Source: Reclinomonas americana ATCC 50394 (Eukaryota). From it: a DNA stretch of 64,000 bases. Position 1 is the stretch's first letter, and every line of letters begins with the position of its first letter. The notes beneath the pieces were generated by a model. The model worked only from the letters and a program-made list of their open reading frames with translations. It was not told where the DNA came from and made no database searches. Below are positions 18,700-28,002 of this stretch, one piece after another. The stretch spans positions 124,001 through 188,000 of the forward strand of contig PS015009.1 in NCBI GenBank assembly GCA_048213135.1. Reading direction: 5' to 3'. The position numbers and the translations under genes were made by a program.

Positions 18700-20938
18700 C
18701 GAAAACGTGCTCCTGCTCCCCTGCTGATAATTGCTGCTGAACCAGGCTGAAGTAAACACCACCCGCCTGTATGAGTTGTTCGTGTTCGCCCGATTCGCAG
18801 ATATGTCCTTTCTGCATAACGAGTATCTGGTCTGCCGAACGTATGGTGCTGAGGCGGTGAGCAACAATGATTACCGTTTTATTCCTGAAATATTCCTTTA
18901 ATTCTTCGTGTATCATTTTTTCATTCATCGCATCGAGGTTATTGGTGGCCTCATCAAGAAAAATAAATTCGGGATCTTTGTATACCACCCTCGCGATAAG
19001 TATGCGTTGCTTCTGTCCTGAACTGATACCGTGACCTTCTTCCCCGATCTTTGTATGGATGCCCTGCGGAAGGCGGCTGATCACATCTTCCACCCTCGCG
19101 ATGCGTATGGCCTCCCGGAGCCGCTCCTCGTTTACCGTTGCATTGCCCGGCACAATATTGCGCAGCACCGTATCCGGAAAGATATAACTGTCCTGCATCA
19201 CCACACCGCATCTTGAGCGCCACGGTTTATGCAGGTAATTGTCCAGGTCAATACCATTAACAGATATATGTCCTTCTGCCACCGGGTAATACTTCAGCAG
19301 CAGTTTGAACAAAGTGGTTTTACCGCTGCCACTGGCGCCCACAACAGCCGTGGTTTTACCCGGCAGTATGCTGCAGGATATATGGCGAAGCACCGGTTCA
19401 TCGCTGTCTCCCGGGTAAGCGAAAGATACATTGTCCAGTACGATCCCTTTCAGTGCTCCTTTCCGTTCTTCGTTTGCCGTTGCTGTGTGATCATCGCTCC
19501 ACTTTTGTTCTCCTTCCCCTTCATCGGGTACCTGGTGTATGGCATTGATCCGCTCCATGCTGATGAGCGCATGCTGCCAGTTCTGGCTGAAAGTAATCAC
19601 CTGTTCCACAGGGCCGCCCAGTTGCCCTATGATCAGTTGTATGGCCATCATTGTGCCCAGGGAAAGTGATCCCGACATGACCATTCCGGCCAGTATAAAA
19701 ATGATCGCCAGGTTCCGGCTTTCGTTGATCAGCGTACCACCTGTGCGCTGCCATTGATCCAGCCTGGTGATGCGCATATTCATATCATAATTTTTTTGCT
19801 GCACTTCATCCCATTTTTCCCGAACGGCATCTTCAATTCCAAACAACCTGATCTCCTGTGCGCCTTCGAGCAATTGCAGGGTTGTATTGTTCTCCTGCAC
19901 CGTAATATGAAAACGTTCATAATCGAGTCTTTTTCTTTTCGACATGAAGTACAACACCCATGCGGCATACAGTATCGCGGAACCCAGGAAAATGAGGAAT
20001 ATGGTAACACTTGCCCATGCCAATGCCACAGCAAAGAACAAGAGGCTGAATACAGCGAAAACAATATTAAGTACAGCGCCGGTAAGGAAGGCTTCAATCC
20101 TGCTGTGGTCCTGCATGCGTTGAAGTATACCTCCTTTTGTATGTACGGAGAAATAAGATATGGGGAGCCGAAGCAGCTTGGCAACAAGGTCAGACAGGAT
20201 GCTGATATTGATCTTTGAGCTGAGCATGGCCAGTGCCCGTGTCCTGATGTACTCACCCGATATCCTGCCCAGTATGAGGCAGCATTGCGCCGCCAGGAGC
20301 AGTACCAGCATATGATAATCTGCACGACCAATGGCCTTATCAACAATACTGCGGGTAAGATAAGGCGGCAGTAACTGCAAAGCTGCCAGCAGGGCGGTCA
20401 GTATGATCATACCTGCAACAGGAGCTTTGTACTTCCGAAGGTACCCGGATATTTTTTTTTCAGCAGCTACAGGTTCAGCTTCTCCGGTTGCATATTCTCC
20501 CTTGATAAAACTATCACCCGGTTCCATCAATAACGCAATACCTTCTTCAGCCTGTGTACCGCCATCACTCAACCAGTGTTTCAAAAAATTGTCCCTGTCC
20601 AGTTTTGTTTTTCCGCTGGCGGGATCGGCAATAAAAAAATTGCCTTTACTGATCCTGTACAACACCACATAATGTTGCTGGTTCCAGTGAAGGATAGCGG
20701 GGAGTGGTAAGTGTTGTTCCAGGTCTGCCACACTTAATTTTGCAGGATGGGTTTCAAAACCCAGTTGCCCGGCGAGTGTGGTAAGCCCCGCCAGGTTCAG
20801 TCCCGATGCTGTCATGGCCGCTGTTTGTTTCAGCTGCGCCTGTGATACTTGTAAGCCATAGGCACGCGCCACCATACGCAGGCAGGCAGGCCCGCAATCA
20901 GACTGGTCGTGTTGTGCGTAAAAAGTAAAAGACATCAC
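18692..20938 (-). CDS. Peptidase-containing ABC transporter (C39 PCAT, double-glycine leader exporter)
   Basis: C39 triad QHDQSDCG / HWNQQHYVV / IADPA, TM domain, Walker [28 protein letters not shown]. Confidence 0.95.
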   Translation of the reverse strand: MMSFTFYAQHDQSDCGPACLRMVARAYGLQVSQAQLKQTAAMTASGLNLAGLTTLAGQLGFETHPAKLSVADLEQHLPLPAILHWNQQHYVVLYRISKGNFFIADPASGKTKLDRDNFLKHWLSDGGTQAEEGIALLMEPGDSFIKGEYATGEAEPVAAEKKISGYLRKYKAPVAGMIILTALLAALQLLPPYLTRSIVDKAIGRADYHMLVLLLAAQCCLILGRISGEYIRTRALAMLSSKINISILSDLVAKLLRLPISYFSVHTKGGILQRMQDHSRIEAFLTGAVLNIVFAVFSLLFFAVALAWASVTIFLIFLGSAILYAAWVLYFMSKRKRLDYERFHITVQENNTTLQLLEGAQEIRLFGIEDAVREKWDEVQQKNYDMNMRITRLDQWQRTGGTLINESRNLAIIFILAGMVMSGSLSLGTMMAIQLIIGQLGGPVEQVITFSQNWQHALISMERINAIHQVPDEGEGEQKWSDDHTATANEERKGALKGIVLDNVSFAYPGDSDEPVLRHISCSILPGKTTAVVGASGSGKTTLFKLLLKYYPVAEGHISVNGIDLDNYLHKPWRSRCGVVMQDSYIFPDTVLRNIVPGNATVNEERLREAIRIARVEDVISRLPQGIHTKIGEEGHGISSGQKQRILIARVVYKDPEFIFLDEATNNLDAMNEKMIHEELKEYFRNKTVIIVAHRLSTIRSADQILVMQKGHICESGEHEQLIQAGGVYFSLVQQQLSAGEQEHVFVS

Positions 20939-20953
20939 CCGGAAATAAAATAA

Positions 20954-20983
20954 TGGTCATGCCCGTTGTTGCGGGCATGACCA
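20954..20983 (-). terminator. 12-bp perfect hairpin with U-rich tail between precursor and exporter
   Basis: TGGTCATGCCCG-TTGTTG-CGGGCATGACCA, followed on the minus strand by TTATTTTATTT. Confidence 0.7.
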
Positions 20984-20989
20984 ATGGGA

Positions 20990-21220
20990 TTACATGCAGG
21001 CAGTGCAGGTAAGGCCGATCCAGTCGAGCCCGCCATGCGTACTGCAGAAATTGAATGTTGTGCAGTAGGTCTGCGCCTGTGCGCAGTTGGTACCACAGGA
21101 ATACTCGATAGTACCGTCGGCACAACCGCAAGTACCTTGTCTTGCAGTAAGCAGACCACCGTTTACCTGGCGTTGCTCTTCTTTGGTGAGCGTTTTACCC
21201 AGACTTTGAATTTTTTTCAT
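20990..21220 (-). CDS. Double-glycine-leader precursor peptide with 8-Cys core (bacteriocin/RiPP-like)
   Basis: Leader MKKIQSLGKTLTKEEQRQVNGG fits the L-x-x-E-E-x-x-x-(I/V)-x-G-G pattern; 54-aa Cys-rich core; directly upstream of a C39 exporter. Confidence 0.88.
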   Translation of the reverse strand: MKKIQSLGKTLTKEEQRQVNGGLLTARQGTCGCADGTIEYSCGTNCAQAQTYCTTFNFCSTHGGLDWIGLTCTACM

Positions 21221-21324
21221 AATAAAAAGCATTGAGGTTAAAAATTGGTCCTGGTTTTAAGGTACAGAACTCGGTTACCCTGTTTGCAAACTTTCGCGGG
21301 ACATTATTGCCCGGCTTACTATTA

Positions 21325-22875
21325 TCAGGCCATGATGTTACTCATGGAAAAACATTCTTCCGGGTAGTAGCGGACGATCTTAAAAAAATCATCGATGCTG
21401 TATTCTTTTGGCAGCATTTTCTCATGCACAGACAAAGATGGTGTTGCGTTTATCTTATTCATGGCAAACCAGGATTTGCACTCGCTGAGAAAAACACCTG
21501 CCTTGTCTGCATCTGCAGGCGAAAGCGGGTATTGCCTGCTGAAACGGCCAAAATCCATGTTCCTGAACCACTCTCCCAATACCTTTCTCCTCGCTTGCCC
21601 ATCCTGTTTGCCCAACAGGACGCCGGATATATGCCTCAGCATAGCCATCCTTTGTTCGTTACCTGCAACATTGGGTATTTTAAACCTTATCCTGATGTTG
21701 ATGCGGCCGGGAAATTTGTCCAGTATGACCTCCGCAGCATTAAACGCTTCCGCACATGGCTGGCAGGTGATGCTGCTGGCCATTACCAGCTGCATGGGAG
21801 CGTTTTCATTGCCCAGGCTGATCTCGGAAGTGAAATCTCCGGCAATACCCGCTGGCTCCTGCTGAAGGGCAGCGTGGAACATTTTCCAGGAATGCATCGA
21901 ACGCCTGAGGTTAAATAATTCCTTTTGTTTTTCCGACGCGTTTGTGAGGATCTTTTTTACCCTGGTCCATACCATGATCACCACAAGTGATATACCTGAA
22001 AAAAGCAGCAAGGGTAAGATCTGCGGGAAAGTAAAAAGAGTGTTTCCGTTATAAGCCACCAGCAGGGCGGCCTGGGTCCAGAGCAATGCGGTAACCGCTA
22101 AACACATCCGGCACCATTTGCGGGCTGTGAACGCCTGGTAATAAAGCGTAAAAAATGTAGGGATGACAGCAACCACGGAAAGCTGCGTTAACGGCAAGGC
22201 TATTCCGTCAAAGCCGGTAGAAACGGCGGCGATAAAAAGAAACAGGAACAGGCTGGCAAACCAGGTAATGCAGAGATCTGCCAGGCTGATACCGGCAAAG
22301 GGTAAACGTTTTTTTGTGCCGATGATGCTGTCGCAGCTGTCGTTACAGAGTTTACCGGCCATGCGGTTAAAAATTCCCATTTCAGAAGCAATGATCATCC
22401 CGCTTATCAATATACCCACACCCTGGATGACAACCAGCCCGCTGAACAACCATTGTTTTTCCAGTAAAATGGCGGTACCGCCAAGCAAGGCCATCACTAT
22501 ACCCGCCAGTAGGGAATAACCAATAGTTTCCGGCGCTTTTCTTTTTTGTCCTTCAGGACGCTCCGCCACCAGCACAATGTTGGCCCAGCGTTCCTCAAAA
22601 TGCGGCACTTCTTTTACAGGATCTTTTTTAATAAGCGCATACTCCCCGCCGTTGCTGTAAAGAAATACGAGGTAAGGGTCTTCAATAGCCGAAAGGCTTT
22701 CCAGGCCCATTTCCACGGAGGTGTTGGGAATGTCCATATCGTCAAGCGTATCGGTAATAGCTACCAGTGAAGGATACTCCGGATGGCTGAGCAGTTTTTC
22801 TTCCAGTTGTGAAAAGGGGACATCAATATGCAGGAGCAGGAGCCAATCGTGAAGCATTACTTCAAGGGTTTTCAT
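21325..22875 (-). CDS. Pseudo-C39 / VKOR / thioredoxin (DsbA-like) fusion membrane protein
   Basis: N-terminal C39-like domain without Cys (SHPEYPSL), VKOR loop cysteines CNDSC, TM CxxC (WCRMC), C-terminal CQPC and cis-Pro ATP motif. Confidence 0.85.
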   Translation of the reverse strand: MKTLEVMLHDWLLLLHIDVPFSQLEEKLLSHPEYPSLVAITDTLDDMDIPNTSVEMGLESLSAIEDPYLVFLYSNGGEYALIKKDPVKEVPHFEERWANIVLVAERPEGQKRKAPETIGYSLLAGIVMALLGGTAILLEKQWLFSGLVVIQGVGILISGMIIASEMGIFNRMAGKLCNDSCDSIIGTKKRLPFAGISLADLCITWFASLFLFLFIAAVSTGFDGIALPLTQLSVVAVIPTFFTLYYQAFTARKWCRMCLAVTALLWTQAALLVAYNGNTLFTFPQILPLLLFSGISLVVIMVWTRVKKILTNASEKQKELFNLRRSMHSWKMFHAALQQEPAGIAGDFTSEISLGNENAPMQLVMASSITCQPCAEAFNAAEVILDKFPGRINIRIRFKIPNVAGNEQRMAMLRHISGVLLGKQDGQARRKVLGEWFRNMDFGRFSRQYPLSPADADKAGVFLSECKSWFAMNKINATPSLSVHEKMLPKEYSIDDFFKIVRYYPEECFSMSNIMA

Positions 22876-22971
22876 AACGAGTACGGTTAGGTTTGAATGA
22901 TGCAGTTATCGCATCCGGATTCCTAATATAATTCAAATTACAGGTAAATGGAAATTATTTTGGCGAACTTT

Positions 22972-24732
22972 CTATTCCGCCTTCTTTTTCTTCTTCTTGC
23001 CGGTATCGTATATCTTCCTGGCCTTACCCACCAGCTGAAGAAATTCATTCTGCAGGTAACTGGAAGGATCGTAACTGTTCAGCGTCAGGGTCTCAATCTC
23101 CTGCCAGTCCACTTCCTTTATATATTTGGATTGCTTCAGTTTTAACCCGAAGAGCGAAACCGCCGCGGCGAACTGTAATTCTTTTTCGAGTTCCTTAAAA
23201 TCGATATAGTTGGCGGGGCAGGTATACTGCATGTATAAGCGTGACGTATCGTTGCACAGGCTGTACCGCATCGATATGCCGGCGAGGCCATCCTTATCGG
23301 GCAAACGCGTGGTGAGGTCCGCGGCCGGTATAATTTCAAACATAGCCACTACACTGTTGCCGCTGCCTATCTCTCCTCCTTCCAGGTCAATGGTACTGTC
23401 GGCCACGGCGTCTTTTTTATTATCAAAACCTATGAGCCTGTAGGAACGCACCAGCCGGGGGTTAAATTGAATATTCATAAACACATCATCAGCTACGGCA
23501 AAAAAAGTCTGCGTCAATTCTTTTACCAGCACTTTTTCCGCTTCGGCAATATCATCCAGGTAAGCGAAGTTGCCATTGCCCCGTTTGGCCAGCGCTTCCA
23601 GTTTTGAATTTTTAAAATTACCCATTCCCACACCCAGGCAGGTAAGGTATACACCCGATTGTCTTTCTTTGGTGATCAGTTCTTCAAGTGCTTTCTCAGA
23701 AGTAAGGCCCACGTTAAAATCGCCGTCGGTAGCGAGTATCACCCGGTTGGTACCCTTCTTGTTAAACGTATTCCGGGCCAGCGAATAAGCGGTCATGATA
23801 GCCGCTTCGCCGGGTGTGTCGCCACTGGCCGTGAGTTCTTCAATCCGTTCTATGATTTTCTCTTTTTCAGCGCCACCGGTGGGTTGCATCCAGATACCAA
23901 CGGTACCGCCATAGGTTACGATAGACACGGTATCAATAGGTCGCAGGTTTTTTACAAACATCTGGAAAGCCGCTTTCAGTAAGGGTAACCGGTTTTGCAT
24001 ATCCATACTCCCCGATGCATCGATAAGAAAAACGAAATTGCCCGGCGGTATTTTGTCGAGATCCAGTTTGCGGGCATTGATGTTAAGGAGCAGCAACTGC
24101 TTTTCCTCGTCCCAGGGACAGGAGGTTAGCTGCGATGATATTTTGAATACGGAAGAAGCGTCGGGCTCGCTGTAGTGCAGGTTGAAGTAGTTGACCATCT
24201 CCTCTGTACGAACAGCGTCGGGCGGTACAGAACTGTTGGTATTGATGAAGCGCCGTACATTGCTGTAGGAAGCTTTGTTCACGTTGAGTGAGAAACCGGT
24301 GTTGGGATATTTTTTGGCGTCGACATATTCATTCTCGACGAGCTGAAAATAAGTTTCGTCGTTTTGTATCCATTTCGACCGCGAGGTCTGTTCCAGGTCT
24401 TTGGTGATGGAGATCAGTTTGGGCCGGTTACGCATCACCGTTGCCGGCAACACTTTCATGGTTACGTATTGCCAGGTGTTGGCGTTTATCTTTACCGTTT
24501 GTGTTTCATAACCATCGAGCGATACGGTAATACTGTCGTTCAGCGTACGGGTAATGATGCCGAAACCTCCGGAGGTTCCCGACATATATTGCTGACGAAC
24601 GGAGTGCAGGAATATCCTGGCGTTCTGAAGGGGCTGGTTTTTTTCGTCTTTTACTTCACCACGGAGATAATACTGTCCTTTTGCGGACATGGCAAGCAGC
24701 AGCAGGAGGATATAAGTCAGACGAATAGTCAA
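22972..24732 (-). CDS. VWA-domain protein (YfbK-like) with N-terminal carboxypeptidase-regulatory-like domain
   Basis: Signal peptide, ASYSNVRR, VRTEEMVNYF, MIDAS DASGSM, ILATDGDFNVG. Confidence 0.88.
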   Translation of the reverse strand: MTIRLTYILLLLLAMSAKGQYYLRGEVKDEKNQPLQNARIFLHSVRQQYMSGTSGGFGIITRTLNDSITVSLDGYETQTVKINANTWQYVTMKVLPATVMRNRPKLISITKDLEQTSRSKWIQNDETYFQLVENEYVDAKKYPNTGFSLNVNKASYSNVRRFINTNSSVPPDAVRTEEMVNYFNLHYSEPDASSVFKISSQLTSCPWDEEKQLLLLNINARKLDLDKIPPGNFVFLIDASGSMDMQNRLPLLKAAFQMFVKNLRPIDTVSIVTYGGTVGIWMQPTGGAEKEKIIERIEELTASGDTPGEAAIMTAYSLARNTFNKKGTNRVILATDGDFNVGLTSEKALEELITKERQSGVYLTCLGVGMGNFKNSKLEALAKRGNGNFAYLDDIAEAEKVLVKELTQTFFAVADDVFMNIQFNPRLVRSYRLIGFDNKKDAVADSTIDLEGGEIGSGNSVVAMFEIIPAADLTTRLPDKDGLAGISMRYSLCNDTSRLYMQYTCPANYIDFKELEKELQFAAAVSLFGLKLKQSKYIKEVDWQEIETLTLNSYDPSSYLQNEFLQLVGKARKIYDTGKKKKKKAE

Positions 24733-24805
24733 GCTAAAGGTTAATTTCAGAAAAATAATACTTTTCCGCTAGCAAGACAAGGTTTCCCGCGATAATGTTG
24801 CCTAG

Positions 24806-25342
24806 CTATCCCTCCGTCAACTGGTAAATTTCTTTTAAATTTCTGCCCAGCCCGTCATAGTCGAGGCCATACCCCAGCAGGAACTTATTGGGCACGCTGA
24901 ATCCGAGGTAATCGATCGTAAGGGGAAATACCAGTGCTTCGGGCTTATGCAGCAGGGAGGCGATCCGGAGTGAGGCTGGTTGCTGGTTGATCAGTTGCGG
25001 CAGGAATTCATGCAGGGTTTTGCCCGTATCTACGATGTCTTCCACAATGATCACGTGGCGGTCCTGCAAAGGCATATCCAGGCCAATGGAAGTGATTACA
25101 TTACCGGTGGATTTTGTTCCCTTGTAAGAAGCCAGTTTAATAAAGCAGATCTCCGCTTCTATGGTCAGTTCCTTGAACAGGTCGGAGGCGAACATAAAAG
25201 ACCCGTTGAGGATGGCGATGAAAAGCGGTTTCTTTCCTGCATAGTCTTCATTGAGGCGGGCGCCCAATTTGGCAACCTGTTCGCTGATCTGTTCGGAAGT
25301 GATATAAGGTTCAAATTTTTTGTCTAATACCTGGATTATCAT
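24806..25342 (-). CDS. hpt: Hypoxanthine phosphoribosyltransferase
   Basis: ILNGSFMF, PRPP loop IVEDIVDTGKT, GYGLDY. Confidence 0.95.
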   Translation of the reverse strand: MIIQVLDKKFEPYITSEQISEQVAKLGARLNEDYAGKKPLFIAILNGSFMFASDLFKELTIEAEICFIKLASYKGTKSTGNVITSIGLDMPLQDRHVIIVEDIVDTGKTLHEFLPQLINQQPASLRIASLLHKPEALVFPLTIDYLGFSVPNKFLLGYGLDYDGLGRNLKEIYQLTEG

Positions 25343-25364
25343 AAGCCGTATTGTTGAGTGTTTT

Positions 25365-26522
25365 TTACCTGGATACGATCAGTTCCTGGCCAATGCTGAG
25401 CCTGTCGCTGTCAAGATGATTCCATTCCCTGAGCTGGTCTACGGTTACACCGTATTTCTTCGCAATGCTGTATAGGCCTTCTTTTGGCGCTACGGTGTGT
25501 TTCTTAACTGTGGTGACTGCAGGTTTATTTTTCTCCGCTTTTACAGGCTGCAGTAAAAGGCGTGTGCCAGCTTCCAGCGGCTGATCTTCTTTCCACTGGT
25601 TGTAGTCCATAAGATACTGCAGCTGGATGCCGTTTTTCTGCGCCACATCATACATCGTTTCTCCTTCCTGTGCGATATAGAAGTCTGTACTTCCTGTTTT
25701 GGATTTTTTCTGAAGGTATACATACTGGTCTTTGGCGAGGATGCCATCTTCCGCCAGTTCATTGTACTCCAGCAGTTTTTTCAGGTTCACATCATTCCGG
25801 GTGGCGATCACCAGCAGCGACGTACCACGTTTGGCATATACACAGCGTGTACTGTTCACCGTTATTACTTTAGCAGGCATATCCAGTACGCTGTTCATCT
25901 CTTCTTTTATCCCTTCTGTTATGATGGTGACCGCGTTCTCAATGGAGGGCGTCATAACGGGTGGCTCCTTGGATTGCGGACTGTCGGGGTTACCGAATAC
26001 CGGCACTTCTCCCGCGCCGGAAAGCGTGTACTGCTGCAGGTTGTACTGCTCAATATTTTTGATGAGTATCTCCGGGTAACGCGGGTTGGTGGCATAACCG
26101 GCCCTTTTCAAACCATAGGCCCATCCTTTATAATCGGCTACTTCAAGTGAGAAAAGCGAAGCGTATCTTTTATTGCCGCGGAGAAAATTACTGTGATCGC
26201 GGTAGCTTTCTTCCGGCGTTTTATAAGCACGGAAACATTCGCCATTGGCATCGTCATCATGACTCACGGTATCCCCCGTCCAGGTACTTTTACATTTAAT
26301 GCCGAAATGATTGTTGGATTTTTTTACCAGTACACTGTTGCCGCTTTCTGTTTCCAGCAGGCCCTGGGCCAGGGTTATGGCGGCAGGTACGCCCATGCGT
26401 TTCATTTCTGAAATGGCAATATCCTTATACTGATCGATATACTGCTCAGCCGTTACTCTTTGCGCCCGGGCAGTCAGTACAGCCAGGCAGGTAATAACGA
26501 TGATCAATAATTGTCGCGTCAT
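25365..26522 (-). CDS. GH73 glucosaminidase with LysM domains (peptidoglycan hydrolase)
   Basis: ITLAQGLLE, NNHFGIKC, GYATNPRY, C-terminal LysM repeats (GLYSIAKKYGVTV). Confidence 0.92.
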   Translation of the reverse strand: MTRQLLIIVITCLAVLTARAQRVTAEQYIDQYKDIAISEMKRMGVPAAITLAQGLLETESGNSVLVKKSNNHFGIKCKSTWTGDTVSHDDDANGECFRAYKTPEESYRDHSNFLRGNKRYASLFSLEVADYKGWAYGLKRAGYATNPRYPEILIKNIEQYNLQQYTLSGAGEVPVFGNPDSPQSKEPPVMTPSIENAVTIITEGIKEEMNSVLDMPAKVITVNSTRCVYAKRGTSLLVIATRNDVNLKKLLEYNELAEDGILAKDQYVYLQKKSKTGSTDFYIAQEGETMYDVAQKNGIQLQYLMDYNQWKEDQPLEAGTRLLLQPVKAEKNKPAVTTVKKHTVAPKEGLYSIAKKYGVTVDQLREWNHLDSDRLSIGQELIVSR

Positions 26523-26530
26523 GGGTAATA

Positions 26531-27175
26531 TTATTTTTTTTGAATGACCATCAGTCCGTCCCTTACGGTGAGTAATACCTGGTCCACCCTTTCATCCGCC
26601 GCCACATGTTCATTGAATGCCTGTATGGCCAGGGCGTTCTTACCGGTTACCGGTTCTTCGAGCACCTGCCCGTGAAACAGTACGTTATCGGCAATAATCC
26701 ATCCGCCGCTGCGTACTGCAGGTAAAGTTAACTCGTAATAATTAATGTAATTCACTTTATCGGCATCGATAAATACCAGGTCCCATAGAGCACTTTCCTG
26801 CAACCCGGGCACTACCTGCTGCGCATCACCGATGTGAAGGTGTATTTGTTCTTCCTGCCCCGACTTTTGGAAATAGCGTGCTGCCGTCGCGGCATCGTCT
26901 TCCCGTAATTCGATGGTATGCAGTTCCCCGCCGGGTTGCAAACCTTTGGCCAGGCACAGGGCACTGAAGCCGGTAAAAGTGCCGATCTCCAATATCCTTG
27001 ACGGCTGTACCATGCGGCTGATCGCTTCCAGGCAGCGGCCCTGTACATGTCCGCTCAGCATATGGGCATGCGGGTGGGCAGATAAGGTTTCGCGTTCCAG
27101 TTCATCCAGTACCGGGTCGAGCGGACTGGTGAATTTTTTTGCGTACGTTTCAACGATATGTGGTACCAGTTCCAT
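26531..27175 (-). CDS. O-methyltransferase (caffeoyl-CoA OMT-like)
   Basis: ILEIGTFTGFS, FIDADK, IADNVL motifs. Confidence 0.92.
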   Translation of the reverse strand: MELVPHIVETYAKKFTSPLDPVLDELERETLSAHPHAHMLSGHVQGRCLEAISRMVQPSRILEIGTFTGFSALCLAKGLQPGGELHTIELREDDAATAARYFQKSGQEEQIHLHIGDAQQVVPGLQESALWDLVFIDADKVNYINYYELTLPAVRSGGWIIADNVLFHGQVLEEPVTGKNALAIQAFNEHVAADERVDQVLLTVRDGLMVIQKK

Positions 27176-27873
27176 CAGAAGTTGGGTGCCAGTGGTTTAT
27201 GTTTATAGAATTCCAGCAGGAAGTTCACCACTTCATCCGCGGTATCGAATACCTGCAACAGATCGAGGTCCTGCATGTTGATGTTCTTCTCCTGTTCACC
27301 CATCACATCCTTCATCCATTTCAGCAGGCCTTCCCAGTATTTCCTGCCCACGAGTACCATAGGACTTTCGCGGAACTTACCGGTTTGTATAAGTGTGGCC
27401 ACTTCAAAAAACTCATCCATAGTGCCAAAGCCGCCGGGCATCATGATAAAGCCCTGCGAATATTTTACAAACATTACTTTGCGTACAAAGAAGAAATCGA
27501 ACTGCAGACTTTTGTCCCTGTCGATAAAAGGATTGGCATGCTGTTCAAAAGGCAGTTCAATATTCAGACCTACCGATTTACCACCCGCGATAGAAGCTCC
27601 TTTATTGGCCGCTTCCATAATACCCGGTCCGCCGCCTGTGATCACACCAAAACCTTCTTCAGATAAGCGCCTGGCGATCTCCACCGCGATCTCGTAATAA
27701 GGATTACCCGGCTGGGTACGGGCGCTGCCGAAAATAGAGATACAGGGACCAATTTTGCTGAGGGCCTCAAATCCATCCACAAATTCCGCCATGATCTTAA
27801 ATATCTGCCAGCTGCTGTGCGCCTGGCTCTCTTTCCACTGCCGTTGTTTGGCAACATTGATTGTTCCGTTCAT
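27175..27873 (-). CDS. LOG family (TIGR00730) Rossmann-fold protein
   Basis: FGSAR, TGGGPGIMEA, RKVMF, PGGFGTMDE. Confidence 0.92.
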   Translation of the reverse strand: MNGTINVAKQRQWKESQAHSSWQIFKIMAEFVDGFEALSKIGPCISIFGSARTQPGNPYYEIAVEIARRLSEEGFGVITGGGPGIMEAANKGASIAGGKSVGLNIELPFEQHANPFIDRDKSLQFDFFFVRKVMFVKYSQGFIMMPGGFGTMDEFFEVATLIQTGKFRESPMVLVGRKYWEGLLKWMKDVMGEQEKNINMQDLDLLQVFDTADEVVNFLLEFYKHKPLAPNF

Positions 27874-28002
27874 AATACCAGTTTGTTTCTTTTAAAAGCA
27901 ATGCCATTCTCCACTTTATTGAAGTGATGAATGGCACTTACTAACCTTACAAAAATACGGCGAAATCACCGTTTTGCAGGCATATTTTTTAATGATTAAC
28001 AG

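Noticed and set aside
20990-21154. Lanthipeptide or ranthipeptide reading of the Thr/Cys-rich core; second GG (STHGG) as a cleavage site
   Set aside because: No dehydratase, cyclase or radical SAM gene in the window, and the internal GG lacks a leader-like context. Action in trans cannot be excluded.
20935-21235. Alternative small ORFs overlapping the precursor (74, 77 and 83 aa)
   Set aside because: Only the 20990-21220 frame has a GG leader and fits the adjacent C39 exporter.
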